Under the pieces are notes generated by a model. The model was not told the DNA's origin. It saw only the letters and a list, made by a program, of their open reading frames with translations, and ran no database searches. Source: Laetmonice hystrix (Eukaryota). Taken from it: 64,000 bases of DNA. The stretch's first letter is position 1. Every line of letters starts with the position of its first letter. A program made the translations under genes and the position numbers. This document shows positions 34,741 through 48,780 of this stretch, piece after piece. The stretch is from NCBI GenBank assembly GCA_965235115.1, contig OZ249451.1:14570001-14634000 (forward strand), in the 5' to 3' direction.

Positions 34741-37569
34741 GTAATGACAAGAGATGTTATTCTGTTGACACCAGAAAGCCTTTCTTCCGACCCTTTCCTA
34801 CCTCCCAGCCATCGGAGAGGGAGAAAAACGACCGTGCGCGTTCTCACCAAACCAACGGCGCAAATTCATATTTCTTTGAGCCGACCTCTCTTTGCTCTCG
34901 GGTAAAAAACTTCGCAAGGTCCTCCAAATGGTCCCTCGGGCGGCCGTGGTAGCGAGCAAACTCTCAGATTGCCAATAATACACTAAGTGGCTGCGAGGAA
35001 TTTTTCAAAGCATCATGAAAGGGACCAAAACGCAGGACTTATCCTCTGGTGTCAAATTGATACGGCAATGAAATATTCACTGGGTTATTTGTGTATCTCG
35101 GGAGATAGGTCTATTAATATCTGCGTCCTGTCCGTGACAAATCAGCCCTCCCTACGACGGGCAGAAGGTCAAATTCTCGTCCGCGTATTGTAGAAATTCT
35201 GCCCAGCTTCCATACATCAAATTCTACTTTGGGTGTGTGACAACTATTACTGGACTGGTAGGTATCAACTAGATCTGATAGTCGGCCCGTCTCTCATAAC
35301 GATTACTTGGCTCTTGTCCCCCACATAGAGAGGGGAGACAGAGGAATGCCCGCCTAAAACCATGAAAATCTTCAAATCTGATTACACCACATGTATTTTT
35401 TCTCAACAGATTTTCCAAACATATTTTAAAGCTTTGATTAAAACAAAAAATAAATAAAATTGTTTCTTATCGGTATTAAATCGATTATTTTGGATATTTG
35501 CGTAAAAACAACTTCTAAAGTAAAAAACAAAACAAAGGGAACAGCTTATTCTTATTCAACCAAAGTATCAATGAAATCAAGGTCAAGTTTGGTTAGATTC
35601 TTTGGAGAACAATCAACACGTTCTCTTGTCAATCAATTTCTTTGAACAACCAATTTGTGCCCAATCAGGTTGAACAACCTCCCTGGTGCCATGTGTGGAC
35701 GAGTTTCAATCAAACTTTCTCTGTTATTGTACTGATCGATTATTTATGATAGCTGACACGTATGACACTGGGGAAAGGTCTGAGATCGATTACACCTCGT
35801 GGCGTCTGGTCGCCCAAACCCTCTGGCATGATAGCATTTCCATTTTACCTGTGATATGTATCGATCGAGATCACCACAATATACGTGACAGATTTTGTTT
35901 ACAGTAGCCGTTTTGACATTTCGCAAATAAATTTAAATCCATAAATAATATTTCAGAGCCCTTGTATTTATCACTATACAGGGTAACACCATGGCGTATT
36001 TACCTATATATGAGGTGACAGCATGACGCCATTTTACGTTTCCAAATGTCATTACTTTGGTTTTCCATACTGGAAACATTATTATGAACCTTCCCCGACT
36101 GAACAAACAGCCTTCCATAACTGAACATCACAGGTGTAATCTTGTATTAAGACAAAATCTCCTTCCTAGTTTTGCCACTGCTGACAAGATACATATCTTA
36201 CGGTAACACATACCATATGGTTATAGAGACCCGTTCCATTGCCCTCCTAGGGGCCGGTCAATTTATCAGTGGCTGTGAACGCGACTAGAGCCTAGCTCCA
36301 TTATCCACCGACTTCTTGCCGCTGCAGGCAATGAGGACTTATCAATTTGGCCCCAGTGCCCGCCCCGCCCGTCCCGCCCGCCGCCCATCACTCCTGGGCG
36401 GGGAGGGTGGCTAACACCTACGCGGTGGGCTATTACCATCATTTCGCCATCACCATATTCATTGCTTCCAGAACCACGCTCGGTCGCCACGTAGAACACC
36501 ACGCACTACACCCACCCTCCGTGGCCGCCTGCTGTCTCTGAGATCCGGGAGTCTCGCCTAGCCCACCCCCACGGGACACGAACTCCCCACAGAGGTTAAC
36601 CCTTGGGTACCTCCCTTCACTAACGTGCTGCTGGCTTGAATTCACGAATTCGGAGCACGGCTCCTGCAAAGTACTAGGGGCAGCCGGGGGTGACCAGGGT
36701 TCTTGCCTTTTGGATTAAAAGCCCCCACCCCACTCCCACCCCATCAATAAGAAGGCCCAGCTGTGCTGCCCGTGTCGCTCTGACCAGGTGATCAGGTACA
36801 ATGGAAGCTGCCGTGGTCCTTTAATATTTCACCCCAACATGACGTGCCCACTCTCTGTAGGAGTGTCGTGAGACACCGGAAGCTGAGGCCAGGTTGTACT
36901 TGCTCTGGCTTCCTTTTCATTTCGCCCCTGACTTTACTACCACTGTATCTCATTAATGATTATATATTTTATCTTCTTCCTTGTAAACATGTCGAATTAT
37001 AAGAACAGCGATATAAATATATGCGGAAATCTACGAACCATTACGATGCTGTACATCTATGTAAGTTCATTCAAAAATGCATTCATTGTTTTCAGATGTA
37101 CGACTCTTCCCCAGAATATTAAAAAACATCTTCTTACACAATCGTAACCACAAATCAATGCTTACAAAAACTGATTGTAAAACAACATTTTCTAATAGCC
37201 TGAACTTCTATCTAACATGAGCTTAAAGTGATGAACTGTAACCTTTTGAAGAGGCTGCAAAGCATTGGCTTTTTAACGGAGCGAAAAAAAGGTATGGGAA
37301 AATCTGGTAGATGCACGGGATAATTTGGATCAGTCGGAGCCTTGCGCCAGCATCCGCAGCGCCCTCTATGGGCGCCAGGGGAGGCTGACAATCCGGGTCA
37401 CTAAAGCCTCGTCAACGTCACAGGTCACGTGTCCGGAGAAGGCCCTGGGGGATCTCAAGTATTCACCATTATGGAGCAGAAATCCCCGGAGCAGCACCCC
37501 TCCCCTAGAGAGTGTCAATCATGTGCAGTTTCACATTTTACAAATCAAAGATTTTCCCTGCATTCTCAC

Positions 37570-37674
37570 CCCAATCCTCAACCTCGACCCAAACGTCGGA
37601 TTTTTAATGAGGGAGTAGAAATCGACCAGGTCGCAGTAAGCGTACACTCTATCAACCCATCTCTGGGGGCCAGA
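37570..37674 (-). CDS. Possible 105-nt exon SGPQRWVDRVYAYCDLVDFYSLIKNPTFGSRLRIG
   Basis: Pyrimidine-rich AAG acceptor, donor GGG/gtgaga, 35 codons; the in-register + frame is also open, so the coding strand is uncertain. Confidence 0.3.
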
Positions 37675-37716
37675 CTTGATGGGAAGGTGACATCGCAATC
37701 AGTGCCACGGTCACCT

Positions 37717-38165
37717 GTTGCCATGGCAGCGGGGGACTGGCAAACACTTGTTGCTATGGCAACCTCGCTGGAAGGAAACCTTTCTTCACCCGTCATCATA
37801 AAGATCTACCACTCGGAACACCGACGCTGCTTCTGATTGGCTGTTTCTAGGTCATATCCGGAGGCGAAGCAGGCCTCGGATGTATGAAGCGGCCATTTTC
37901 CCGTTTTTCGTGCAAAGTAGTGTAAAGCGGTCGCACATGAACACAGAGAGTAAATAGTCGACCCCTACGCACAGGCACATAGGCCTAGTTCAAATATAAT
38001 TTCTCAGCATACGTATACCTCGAATTTTCTATCGTGGAGACAAAACAGTCTCTTCTTCACCTGGGAGGAAACCCAGATATTCTGACTTTGTATAAAGTCC
38101 GACACTAGGGAGTTCTACATTTTCGGCACGGCGGCAGCGCGCGAGTTTGTTGTTTACATCCGGGT
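37717..38165. promoter_or_regulatory. Candidate promoter region upstream of gene B
   Basis: X-boxes at 37717-37730 and 37750-37763, reverse CCAAT at 37836-37840, YY1-like GCGGCCATTTT at 37889-37899, ETS-like ACATCCGG at ~38156; CpG-rich relative to its flanks. Confidence 0.45.
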
Positions 38166-38207
38166 CAGTGGTCCCGACCTAGCCACCCACCCACCCCACC
38201 CCCCAGC

Positions 38208-38254
38208 ATGGCGACCTTCGTCGTACAGCCGAGATATGACGGAGTCAATCGTGG
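38208..38254 (+). CDS. Candidate first coding exon of plus-strand gene B: MATFVVQPRYDGVNR(G)
   Basis: cagcATGG start context directly after promoter-like motifs; donor GG/gtgagc; phase 2. Confidence 0.5.
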
Positions 38255-38341
38255 GTGAGCCGAGTGAAAGATCTACTTGTCACTTCGGACCGCCATCTCT
38301 CTCTGCATCATCGCTGTAAACAATTTCTGTCTCCACTCTAG

Positions 38342-38363
38342 GGGCACAGAGTTAACTGAGAAG
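38342..38363 (+). CDS. Candidate second exon of gene B: (G)GTELTEK
   Basis: Acceptor ttctgtctccactctag after an 87-nt intron; phase-compatible; donor AAG/gtgtgc is moderate. Confidence 0.35.
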
Positions 38364-39234
38364 GTGTGCTCGGAGGAAAGAACAATGGATAAACATGATA
38401 GCGGAGTTGTATAAAAAACACCTACCTCAATTATGTTGTTGTCTTTGAAGGAACAAGATATTGTACTGGCTTGATACTTCTCCTATAAACCAATAGAAAT
38501 CAAACTATCAGGTTTCTCCATAGGTCGATATCTTAACAAGCAGGTATATTTGAACATGAACCTGTCGCACAGTTGATAAAATCATATATCATAATAGATT
38601 ATTTTGATCATACTAAAAGTTTTTTTCCTTGCCCTTGGGGGGAGGGGGGACTTCATAAATATGTCTTTCCCCCTTCTTAACTTTATCTTGGACAAAAAAA
38701 CAGTAATATGTGGAGTATTTTTCCCAATTTTCAGTCACTGGAACCTGTGGTACTACAGGCTGGTAACCTGTAGTACCCCATCACGGTGGTCGTTAATGTA
38801 CGACAATACTATAACTGTATTCATCCCACCCCGTGCCCTGGCACGGACATCCTGCTTCCAACCATCATCCTGCCATGTCTGGAGCCCCCTTCCCCACCCC
38901 ACCCCTCCACCATCCCCACCCTGCCAGACCATCATTTCCACCACCCCCTACATCCCCTATATTTGATTACACCAGGGAGACTACAATTGCTGGCAGTCGA
39001 TCATAGGATGGCTGCGACACATAGATTACAGGCAAGGGCTGAGATTTTCACCCGTGTAGGATGACAAAGTAGGGGCCGGTTTCCCAGGCGCGTGTACCTC
39101 GAGATTTGGTAAGTGGGTTAGTCAGCGACCAAGAGCAGGTATTACATTGTTGGGTGGTCGCTTCATACATACTTGATGACACTGTAACATGGGATGTCAG
39201 ACCGACCAACATACCATCTTCTCCGTCATACTGG

Positions 39235-39247
39235 CCGCTAGGGGGCG
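39235..39247 (+). promoter_or_regulatory. CTCF-like motif CCGCTAGGGGGCG
   Basis: Strong match to the CTCF core; motif only. Confidence 0.45.
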
Positions 39248-40903
39248 TCGGTGTCATGGTAACGTGACATTGTCACAGGTGATTGGCTCGAGGGCAGCAT
39301 GGGGCGGGGCGAGGGAGGAGGGCGAGGGAATACATACACACCACTAACTCTAAAGTAGTTTCCCCGACTAGAGTGGCAGCTACACACTAGTATTGGACAT
39401 AGCTGGCTGAACTTAATGTCCAGGGAGTGTACATTGGCATTAATCGTATCATAGTATCAAGTTCCTTCGCAGAGGCGTAGTGCGAAAAGTCCTACTCGTA
39501 ACAACAGCAAACGTAAAGAATAGAAAGACCATTCCCATCAAAATCATTTCCATATTGGCTCCTGATCACTGGCAATAATATCTTTGGTTGACAATGTCGC
39601 CACATGAATTAGACCTATGCTACTTTTAAACGACTATGTTCTTTGCATTTGGCGTGGATTCTTCTTGAGGTACACGTACGCCAAGATTTTATGACGTAAC
39701 ACATGACGTAGCATAGAAATGGCCACCTCGGACGTTTTAAATACGTTAACCTTAGCCTTAAATCATCCTCGAACCTAGCGGTAAAAAACAGACAAGTAGA
39801 ACCGTTTCCTGTACTTAAAACTCTTTATTCATTGGCCACAATAATATTCCGCTGACTCCTACAGTTTGTACGGCTATACGCTGTCAGCAAATCAAGCAGG
39901 TAGCCATGAACAGAAACGTTTGGCTTCAACGTATAGATGATAAAATATGACATGGCATCGGCTTCTTGGTCACCGTTCAGGCTACACGTAATCATGGCTA
40001 CACTGGTCGTATGCAAATCGATGTTTACAACGTTACACAGGCAAGTCATTGTCCAATTCATTAACTACATTATGAATTATAAAAACAAACGTGAGGCTGT
40101 ACTCTATCTATGGCTCCCGTTCATGTTCAAACGGTCGGACCGACCTGGGCATGGTACTCTCTCTCATACGAGTACCCTTAGTGGTATTGGCAAGAAATCA
40201 ACACACAGTGTAAGCAATTTGTATCAGTCGCAGAGCTTTCTGTGGTGCAAGTTGGGGCCACTCTGAATGCATGATTAATTCACGCTCATGATTGGAGATA
40301 GCGTGTGCTGGCAGTGTGTGTGCTCATATGTCGCTCTCCGGGATAACATGAGCTCAGTACGGTTCTAATCACGCTCCATTCAGGCTTGCGCTCCCTCGCT
40401 CCAATAACAGTGCTCCAATCGGAGGCACACTGATAAACGGGATGAGAACCTTCAAAGGGTTCACTTTTCGATTGCTTTGATCTCTGACTCTGATAACGCG
40501 CGTAGGAGAAGATAGCAACTAAATAATGTAAATGCTGGTGTCGAGATCACACCGCAGTACCTCGGTCGGCACAAGTGGGGGATAGAGAAACAATATTGCA
40601 ACTTAGTGGAAGTGGAAGCAATATGGCAATGATGCAACACGTTATTCGGACAGCAAGACGCAATTACTGCGACAACACAAAACGCTGCCAACAATATACT
40701 AGATTATACTACGTCATAGAAGCCAGATAAATACATCACTGTAGTTGGTACAATACATTACAAGTATGCGACCCTTCCCGACGTTAATGTTAGACTCGTG
40801 TTTTATCACTTGTAGTGACATTATTCTAAATATGAATGTCTGCATTATAGCAACATGCCTCAGGACGTTTATATTATCCTAAACAAGCGTGGATTTGAAA
40901 TAG

Positions 40904-40965
40904 CATTGGTTAACAACGCCCACCGCGATATGATTACAAGGCACGACGGAGGCAAGGACCTGACT
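40904..40965 (+). CDS. Candidate exon LVNNAHRDMITRHDGGKDLT
   Basis: Acceptor atttgaaatag, strong donor ACT/gtaagt, 2+60 nt open. Confidence 0.35.
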
Positions 40966-42031
40966 GTAAGTCTCATAATGAAAAACTCTGCCATCATGGA
41001 TAAGGCTCACCAAACATGTAAAGCTTGACCCTGCATGGCCAACATACTCTGCTTTTATTTCGGCGGTGTCAGTATGCCTGGGCCTGGCCATAATTTACGA
41101 GCCGACCGGATTGCCTGTATAAAATTCCCATTTCCACATACTACTCGCAACCTATGGTCGTGAGGGTGGGGCGTGCCATGCTTTCTTTCAGGGCACCAGC
41201 CCCTTTGCTTCAATCCTAACGATACCAAATGGTTGACGACATCCATGAGACTTTCACCCTTGGATATAGGATACAACTCCAGGGCCGTTCTACGACATTT
41301 CTACAGGCAACTGACAGCTTTCCCGGCGACTGCTGACTGCCAACCTGTTTGACCTGCTATGTGAATCAAGCCTTCACCGGATGCCAAACAGGGAATGTCT
41401 ATTGCGTTTCCGCCCACCCCATAGGCTCCATTTTGTGAATCGGAAATTCCCTAACCTTCCGGGATTTCAGGCCCCACGCGAGAATTGCATCGAAATATTG
41501 CGGCCTACGTTAACAAAGCCAGTCTTGAGCGAATTGATTTTGTGGCACTAGTCGCCAGCCCTCCCCACGTCGTCTTCTGTTGACTGATCTCGGGACGACA
41601 TTCTCGGCAAATTGACTTACATGACTTCTTTTGTAAAGCAACCCACTTACACGTTGGTGCCGATTTCAATTATGCTAATGTGAAAGAAGGCAATATGTTA
41701 TTGGTACGTAGATAGCATCTCGTGACACCAAGTCTATTCGAAAGTACGCCACTGCCTGCAAATAATGGTGCTATGGATTTTGGGAGAAGATTTCCTTCAC
41801 AATTTGGTAAACTAGTTCGACCAGGGCGCCAGTGCTCATTGTAGCAGCATTGGCGTTTCTCGCAGGCAATCAAGTTTTATGTAGAATAACGTTTCTGTAA
41901 TAGCTCGTCCTGTACTATAGTTGCTCAAGTATAGGAGAACTTGATTCGACAGCAGAGGAAGTTGTAGTACTATTGTGTTACTACGAACTACGGATACTTT
42001 GGTACGTTAGGCCATCAGAACCTCTACGCAG

Positions 42032-42097
42032 TCGATATTTTGCTGAATATCTCGATGTCCTTCGCCCGTACCTTTTTCCCAAGCTGGAGTTAACAAG
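42032..42097 (+). CDS. Candidate exon RYFAEYLDVLRPYLFPKLELT
   Basis: Acceptor cctctacgcag (alternative acceptors lie just upstream), donor AAG/gttaag, protein-like composition. Confidence 0.35.
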
Positions 42098-45000
42098 GTT
42101 AAGGATCGAAGCGGACTGACATCAAATGTTGGGGTTTTCTGTGTGGAACTCGACTATTCTTGCCTGCCCATTCTCTTGTTTCTCACGTCTTGTAAACAGT
42201 GCTCATATTGCTGGACTCGTGGTAGTCCCCAATTACTGGTTGTGTACGCCCAGCCCCGGCCCTGCCACAGCGGTGTCGGCTGTCACTGCTTGCTTGGCAC
42301 ATCACGTTCCTTGTGACACTCCAACACTCCTCAATCTGCCATCAGCCACTCCACCGGAATCAACCAATCTGACCCCCATCCTTTCCCGGCCTACGCACAC
42401 TTGTCACCATCTCAATCTAATTTCTCCCAAATCCATTCCATTTTCTTTCTTTCCGAGCACCAATTATAGTAATTGATTTTAAATCTACCGACTGTTTCTT
42501 TAATAAAACAGTTGTAGGATTTTTTGGGGAAATTTTCCGTTTCAAATGTCAAGTTGCTCTTTCCTCTAGCTTTCCTAAAACCTACTTAAAACTAAAACCG
42601 CAGAGCAACCGTCGACACAATTACCAATTAGAGAAACTACTGCAGGCGTAGCCAGACTTGAGCCTGGCTAACCATGCAGGAAAGTCAAACTACGCCAGAT
42701 TATCGCCTGAGACCCAGAAAGCTAGAATCTTATTGAAGGCAATACTTCAGTAAGCATAAACCCCACTTTAATAACGCCATCTAACATGGCTATACCCGGC
42801 TTCCTATAAATTTATTCAACATTAGAAATTTCACATCCATTAAAATAATAATTCAATAGACCTAGGTTCTAACAATCTCCGTGTAAGATCTATGGGGCAT
42901 GTTACGGTGATTACGTCACAGTCCAACCGATCATACTAATCGTCTTCATGCCTGTTTATACTTACGGCAGCAATGAGGTTCCGAAAGGGGCATACTCAAG
43001 AAAGTGATGCTCAAATTCCAGAACCGTCGCGAGAGAAAGATACAAAAACAAATCAGGTGTGCTGATAAGGGACCGGTTCAAAACCCCGAGAAATAATCAT
43101 GACAATCAGCTTTTCCACATTAAAATACGATGAACGTGATCTAAAAGGGACGCTGTGATTGATAACAAAAAGGGATTGGGAATCGGTAACTATAACTGCT
43201 TGTAGGAATCACCGGGAAGGTGGTATAGGATGACGTCTCTCTATCCCGCCAACAGCCCGGTCTTCATCTCCCACTCACCGCACTCTACCTAGACCCCCCC
43301 CCCACCCCCACCCAACCGGGGCATTAACCTTTGACCTCGAGGGCAGATAACCAGCTCTAACATCCCGTTTCTCCTATAAAACACAATTTTAGTTGTCTGC
43401 TCCCATACCTCTGTTTCTTGCACCTCACCCTCCTACCTACGGCATGTTGATAACCTCAGCTGCCGTCCAATATCTTCTGATTCTTCGACCCGCCATTTCT
43501 CTTCATGCCATCTCAGAGAACAACTACACCTCCCCCTACCTGTGCCAGAATGTTACATGCTACTTTCTATTTTATCTACATCTTCGGATGAATGTTAGAA
43601 TATCTGAGACCAAGGTAAGTCAATCAGAATTCTGATCGATGGATGAAACGAAGTGAGGAGAAAAGGTTCAGCAAGGCGGTCCCCTTAATAATGGCCCTTA
43701 GTCTAAGTGGGTGTGACAGCCGGTCCCAGGACGAGAGTTACAACCAGTGGATGCATTAACAGGGAGCGAACGAGGACCGGTAAAGTGGGCGGGGAGGTGG
43801 GAACTGGGCGGGACGGGCGGGGCTGACCGGGCCTCGGCTATAGATACATTCAGTGGACCGGTGGTGACCACCGACATACATAAACCATTGGGCGGTGACG
43901 CTCAGCACATCCCTAGCCACCCCCAACCCCCATCCTCCTCCTCCTCCTCCTCCATCCCCGATTCCTGACATGCATGTGCATGTCCCAGTCCCCCATCGCG
44001 GCCCCAAGCATTGTAAATGGAACCACTTCGATTGTTACCCAGCAGAGTGTTTGCGTTGCTCTGGTTGGCTGGCTAGAGAAATATTGCCACTTACCCCCAC
44101 TGCCACCCCCTCGACATTATGGCATTACGAATTTTTAGCCTGATTTATTACAGATTAGGTGTTCTCCCTCACAGAACCCCTCTCCATGTGGGTCAAGCCT
44201 CGCACCATCTCCTAACTACTGCTTTCTCGGCATCCCTTCCTAATTCTTCCAGCCCCACGCCTCCCCTCACATCTTTTCCATTTAACACACTCACAATGGT
44301 TCAAACTATAATACTTCAGGGACAGCCAAGGAAAATACTTTCTTCTCAACAATCTTCCCCCGTTATCACTCACTCCATCGTGGTTTAAATCATTGACAAG
44401 TCCTAATTAAATTGAGACGTCTATTCCCAACGGACACCGTCTTGACAGATCCCTCATTCAAAATACAGATGTAAATTTTGGTCAGGCTTCTATACAGAAT
44501 CGCATTTTGCGTCTCTCTACAGAGCTTATAAAAACATCTTTTCGCATCTTATCAAGCTCCATAATGAAGGCGAAAACGATTTTAGTCTGACATGTAATGA
44601 CATGGCTTATCTTGATAATATCCCTATCGGTTTGCTTTGAAAATCCATCAGAATGAGAACTCATATCGAATGGTACCCGCGTCGGCAACTTGCTTACTTC
44701 ATCATGCTCGTCAGATTAATTTGAGGATTAGATAACAAGATTAAATAATTTGTCTGGAATAATACATTCGGGCTGCAGCAATTGTCCCAGTAATGACTAC
44801 GCAGAAGGCAGACTTGGGAAATGACGGTGAATTTTGTCTAATGACGTACAGATGAAACAATAGCGTCGTCTGCTGATAGGCAATCTGAAGCTACGCATGA
44901 CTGGAGGCGGCCATCTTGAATCGGTCTCGATCCACGAACATTTTCAATTCGCCAATTATCAGAGGATCGCGGAGACGGGCGCCTTCTTCGCTTGGCCAGG

Positions 45001-46574
45001 AACTGCGATCAATAATTTACAGCTTAGGAGTAGCTATTAATGTCATTTGTATACTATTAGTATTGGCAGATTTTAAATCGTAATAGAGGGGTAAGGAGGC
45101 TCTTTGGCCTCAAGATCACGTGGAAGATAGGCACTTATATTTATTGCTATCATTACATCCATCTAGACAACATCGCTCAAAATTTCATTTTAAATTTTAA
45201 CACGGCCTGAAACTATAGGATGTCTAAGAGCGTCGCTTATACAGATAACGATTCCAATCAAATAATACGTGACAGAATGGTTCCTCCTATCCATATCCGG
45301 TACAATTTTTACTCATAAAGCTCTGTACGATAGTTTCCATAAGAATACAAATATATTTAAACTTTGCGGTTATGGAAAAATATGCCTAAATCTAGCATCT
45401 TCAGACTGAAATAAAAATATTGTCCAATAGTATGATTGCCATAATTTGGAGCCAATTAAAAGAACTGACTTTCCCATGCAACGTCTTCATTTCTTCCGCT
45501 AACTCTACGAGAAGCAGTGCTGTCATACGATTATATTAATCAAGCTTATTTCTCCAATTTCATTTTACTCTTAGCGACGTCTTGCTGAAAGTTTTTTAAC
45601 CTCTGAGAGGACTTGTTCCTGCCAAACTGACTGTGCATTAATCTGCGCTGATTATCTGGTCACAATTGCCGCCTGTCGGTGGAAGGCTTTCTGCCAGCAT
45701 TGAGACAGGCATGTCAGCACCGCCATCTCTTTACAACTCAGTAAGAACAGCTGGGGACATGAGCAGAATACGGGCTCAATGCCTCAATCCTCAATGCCTC
45801 ATGAAGAGAATAACATTATCACTGGCCTCACTGATGGAAATTAGTGGACGCATGAGGCAATGTTTCTCCCGTGTGTTTTTCTCCCTCTCTCTTTTTCTCC
45901 CCGCCAATTTTCCCCTGATTAAATTCGAAAATCCAATCCGGTTCCTTGATGGCTGTCACGTGAGGGGTTTGGGCAGACGTCCATTAAACAAAGAGTGCCT
46001 TCACCTGAACATGGGTTTTACATGTTCTCAAGTTAAGGCACTCATGCGATGTGAATCTGTAATCATAAGTAACATGATCCTACCTAATACTGAACATAAA
46101 CTTAGGTCACCTTTCTGTAATGCTACATTGAAACCTGAATACAGTTTTATTCCTGTACGGGATCCTGTAAGTGCAACTTCAGGTGCTCTAAAGCCGTTTG
46201 CAATACTGACAAGAAGATTTACTTTCCTTCTTACTTCGGCACATGTGGCAGCCACTGTTTTCTGACTTCCTGAATTCTCACTCAAATGTTCTGACATTAA
46301 AATCTAGATGCCACTTCCGGTCGGATTTCATTTCCAGTAAAAACTAACTTGACGACAGGTCCATAGTATGTTTTCCTATCACTATACAGTTTCCCTCCAA
46401 CTGTTTTTGTTTCTTCTTCTTCTTCTTTTCATTTTCTTCAGGGCAATCAAATTAACTTGTCTTCGATTGATTTGCCGACCACCCGCATTAAGTGATTATG
46501 GTACTTCACCATCGACGTTAGAACCCGGGCCTGTACCTCAAAAAAACCTACGTTGAGATCTCACTATCAGTGCC

Positions 46575-47850
46575 TGCTGCAATGACCAGGCCACCCTTGA
46601 GATTACGCCATCAGTGCAGGCTGCAGTGACCAGGCCACCCTTGAGATCACACCATCAGTGCAGGCTGCAGTGACCAGGCCACCCTTGAGATCACACCATC
46701 AGTGCAGGCTGCAGTGACCAGGCCACCCTTGAGATCACACCATCAGTGTAGGCTGCAGTGACCAGGCCACCCTTGGGATCACGCCATCAGTGTAGGCTGC
46801 AGTGACCAGGCCACCCTTGAGATCACACCATCAGTGTAGGCTGCAGTGACCAGGCCACCCTTGAGATCACACCATCAGTGTAGGCTGCAGTGACCAGGCC
46901 ACCCTTGAGATCACGCCATCAGTACAGGCTGCAGTGACCAGGCCACCCTTGAGATCACACCATCAGTGTAGGCTGCAGTGACCAGGCCACCCTTGAGATC
47001 ACGCCATCAGTGTAGGCTGCAGTGACCAGGCCACCCTTGAGATCACACCATCAGTGCAGGCTGCAGTGACCATGCCACCCTTGAGATCACGCCATCAGTG
47101 CAGGCTGCAGTGACCAGGCCACCCTTGAGATCACGCCATCAGTGTAGGCTGCAGTGACCAGGCCACCCTTGAGATCACGCTATCAGTGTAGGCTGCAGTG
47201 ACCAGGCCACCCTTGAGATTACGCCATCAGTACAGGCTGCAGTGACCAGGCCACCCTTGAGATCACGCCATCAGTGCAGGCTGCAGTGACCAGGCCACCC
47301 TTGAGATCACACCATCAGTGTAGGCTGCAGTGACCAGGCCACCCTTGAGATCACACCATCAGTGTAGGCTGCAGTGACCAGGCCACCCTTGAGATCACGC
47401 CATCAGTGTAGGCTGCAGTGACCAGGCCACCCTTGAGATCACGCCATCAGTGCAGGCTGCAGTGACCAGGCCACCCTTGAGATCACGCCATCAGTGTAGG
47501 CTGCAGTGACCAGGCCACCCTTGAGATCACGCCATCAGTGTAGGCTGCAGTGACCAGGCCACCCTTGAGATCACGCCATCAGTGTAGGCTGCAGTGACCA
47601 GGCCACCCTTGAGATCACGCCATCAGTGTAGGCTGCAGTGACCAGGCCACCCTTGAGATCACGCCATCAGTGTAGGCTGCAGTGACCAGGCCACCCTTGA
47701 GATCACACCATCAGTGTAGGCTGCAATGACCAGGCCACCCTTGAGATCACACCATCAGTGCAGGCTGCAGTGACCAGCCCACCCTTGAGATCACGCCATC
47801 AGTGCAGGCTGCAGTGACCAGGCCACCCTTGAGATCACGCCATCAGTGCA
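46575..47850. repeat. Minisatellite, 44-bp unit GCAGTGACCAGGCCACCCTTGAGATCAC(G/A)CCATCAGTG(T/C)AGGCT, ~29 copies, highly homogeneous
   Basis: Period 44 (CTGCAG at 46621, 46665...); variation is confined to a few positions. Confidence 0.98.
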
Positions 47851-48706
47851 TTGACCAGCTCCGCCCAAGTTCTCAAGCCTTTAGCACACACCACCAGGCC
47901 ATTATGCCTTTCGGCACCTCCCCAACTTCAGGGCGCGAATGTATCATGAATCTAAGAGGGTCATAAATCGACGTTTGGACCCAACCAAACATTTCAGCCG
48001 TAACCGGTAAGTGTGTGTCCTGTCAAATTTCTCTCGCCATATTGCCCAGCCGAGTCCATAACTTTTGGCGTTCTTGACACAAGCTCCTTTCAACTGTGTT
48101 CTTTACGGCATCAATATCATGTATAAGATTACTAATAACTGTCGACGATGCAGACACCAAGTAATGGTCCTAATTAGTATTTGGCGCTCAATTAATCTAA
48201 CCTGTTTAAAATTTGTTGTGGTTATTCCTGGCACCACGCGGATAACATTGTAGAATCTTCTAAGTTAGATAACAACCGGAAAAACAATCAATGATAAAGG
48301 CCCTGCGATTTCAACCCAAATCTCCAAAAAGCTACTTTAATTTCACCGTTTCGGATATCAAAGTGCAACGGACAAGAGGCCTAACTAGGACCTCATCGTA
48401 ATACGTAATTCCTAGCATTTACAAAATAACGACATTCTTGAAATGATATCCGCAAAGAAAGAATTTAAGTAAGAATTGACCTATTTGTTACCAAGGGTCA
48501 CAGATTTACTAGGCACTAATTGTATTGATATAAAGTGCCCTTCTGAATACCCAGACTGTCAGATTCCCTTTACCCAACTAATGTATCACCTAGGTTGCTG
48601 TCAATCTGGTTTCCAAGATGTGCTTACCGTAACTTTAAGATCTCCTCGTCACATTGGGTGTAAAATTCAACTTCACCTTATACTTTCAACGACCCCTTGT
48701 CCTCAG

Positions 48707-48780
48707 GCGGAGACGGGAGTACAGAGTCTGTGAAAGAAATCCAGCACTTCAATCTGTCTCTGCCCACTGCCCGGACAAAG
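48707..48780 (+). CDS. Candidate exon GDGSTESVKEIQHFNLSLPTARTK
   Basis: Strong acceptor gaccccttgtcctcag, donor AAG/gtgaac; a second frame is also open. Confidence 0.3.

Noticed and set aside
45666-46265. Longest ORF (199 aa); considered as a transposon Myb/SANT or transposase gene
   Set aside because: It starts at a non-ATG codon, shows no recognisable motif on either strand, and the antisense frames have multiple stops.
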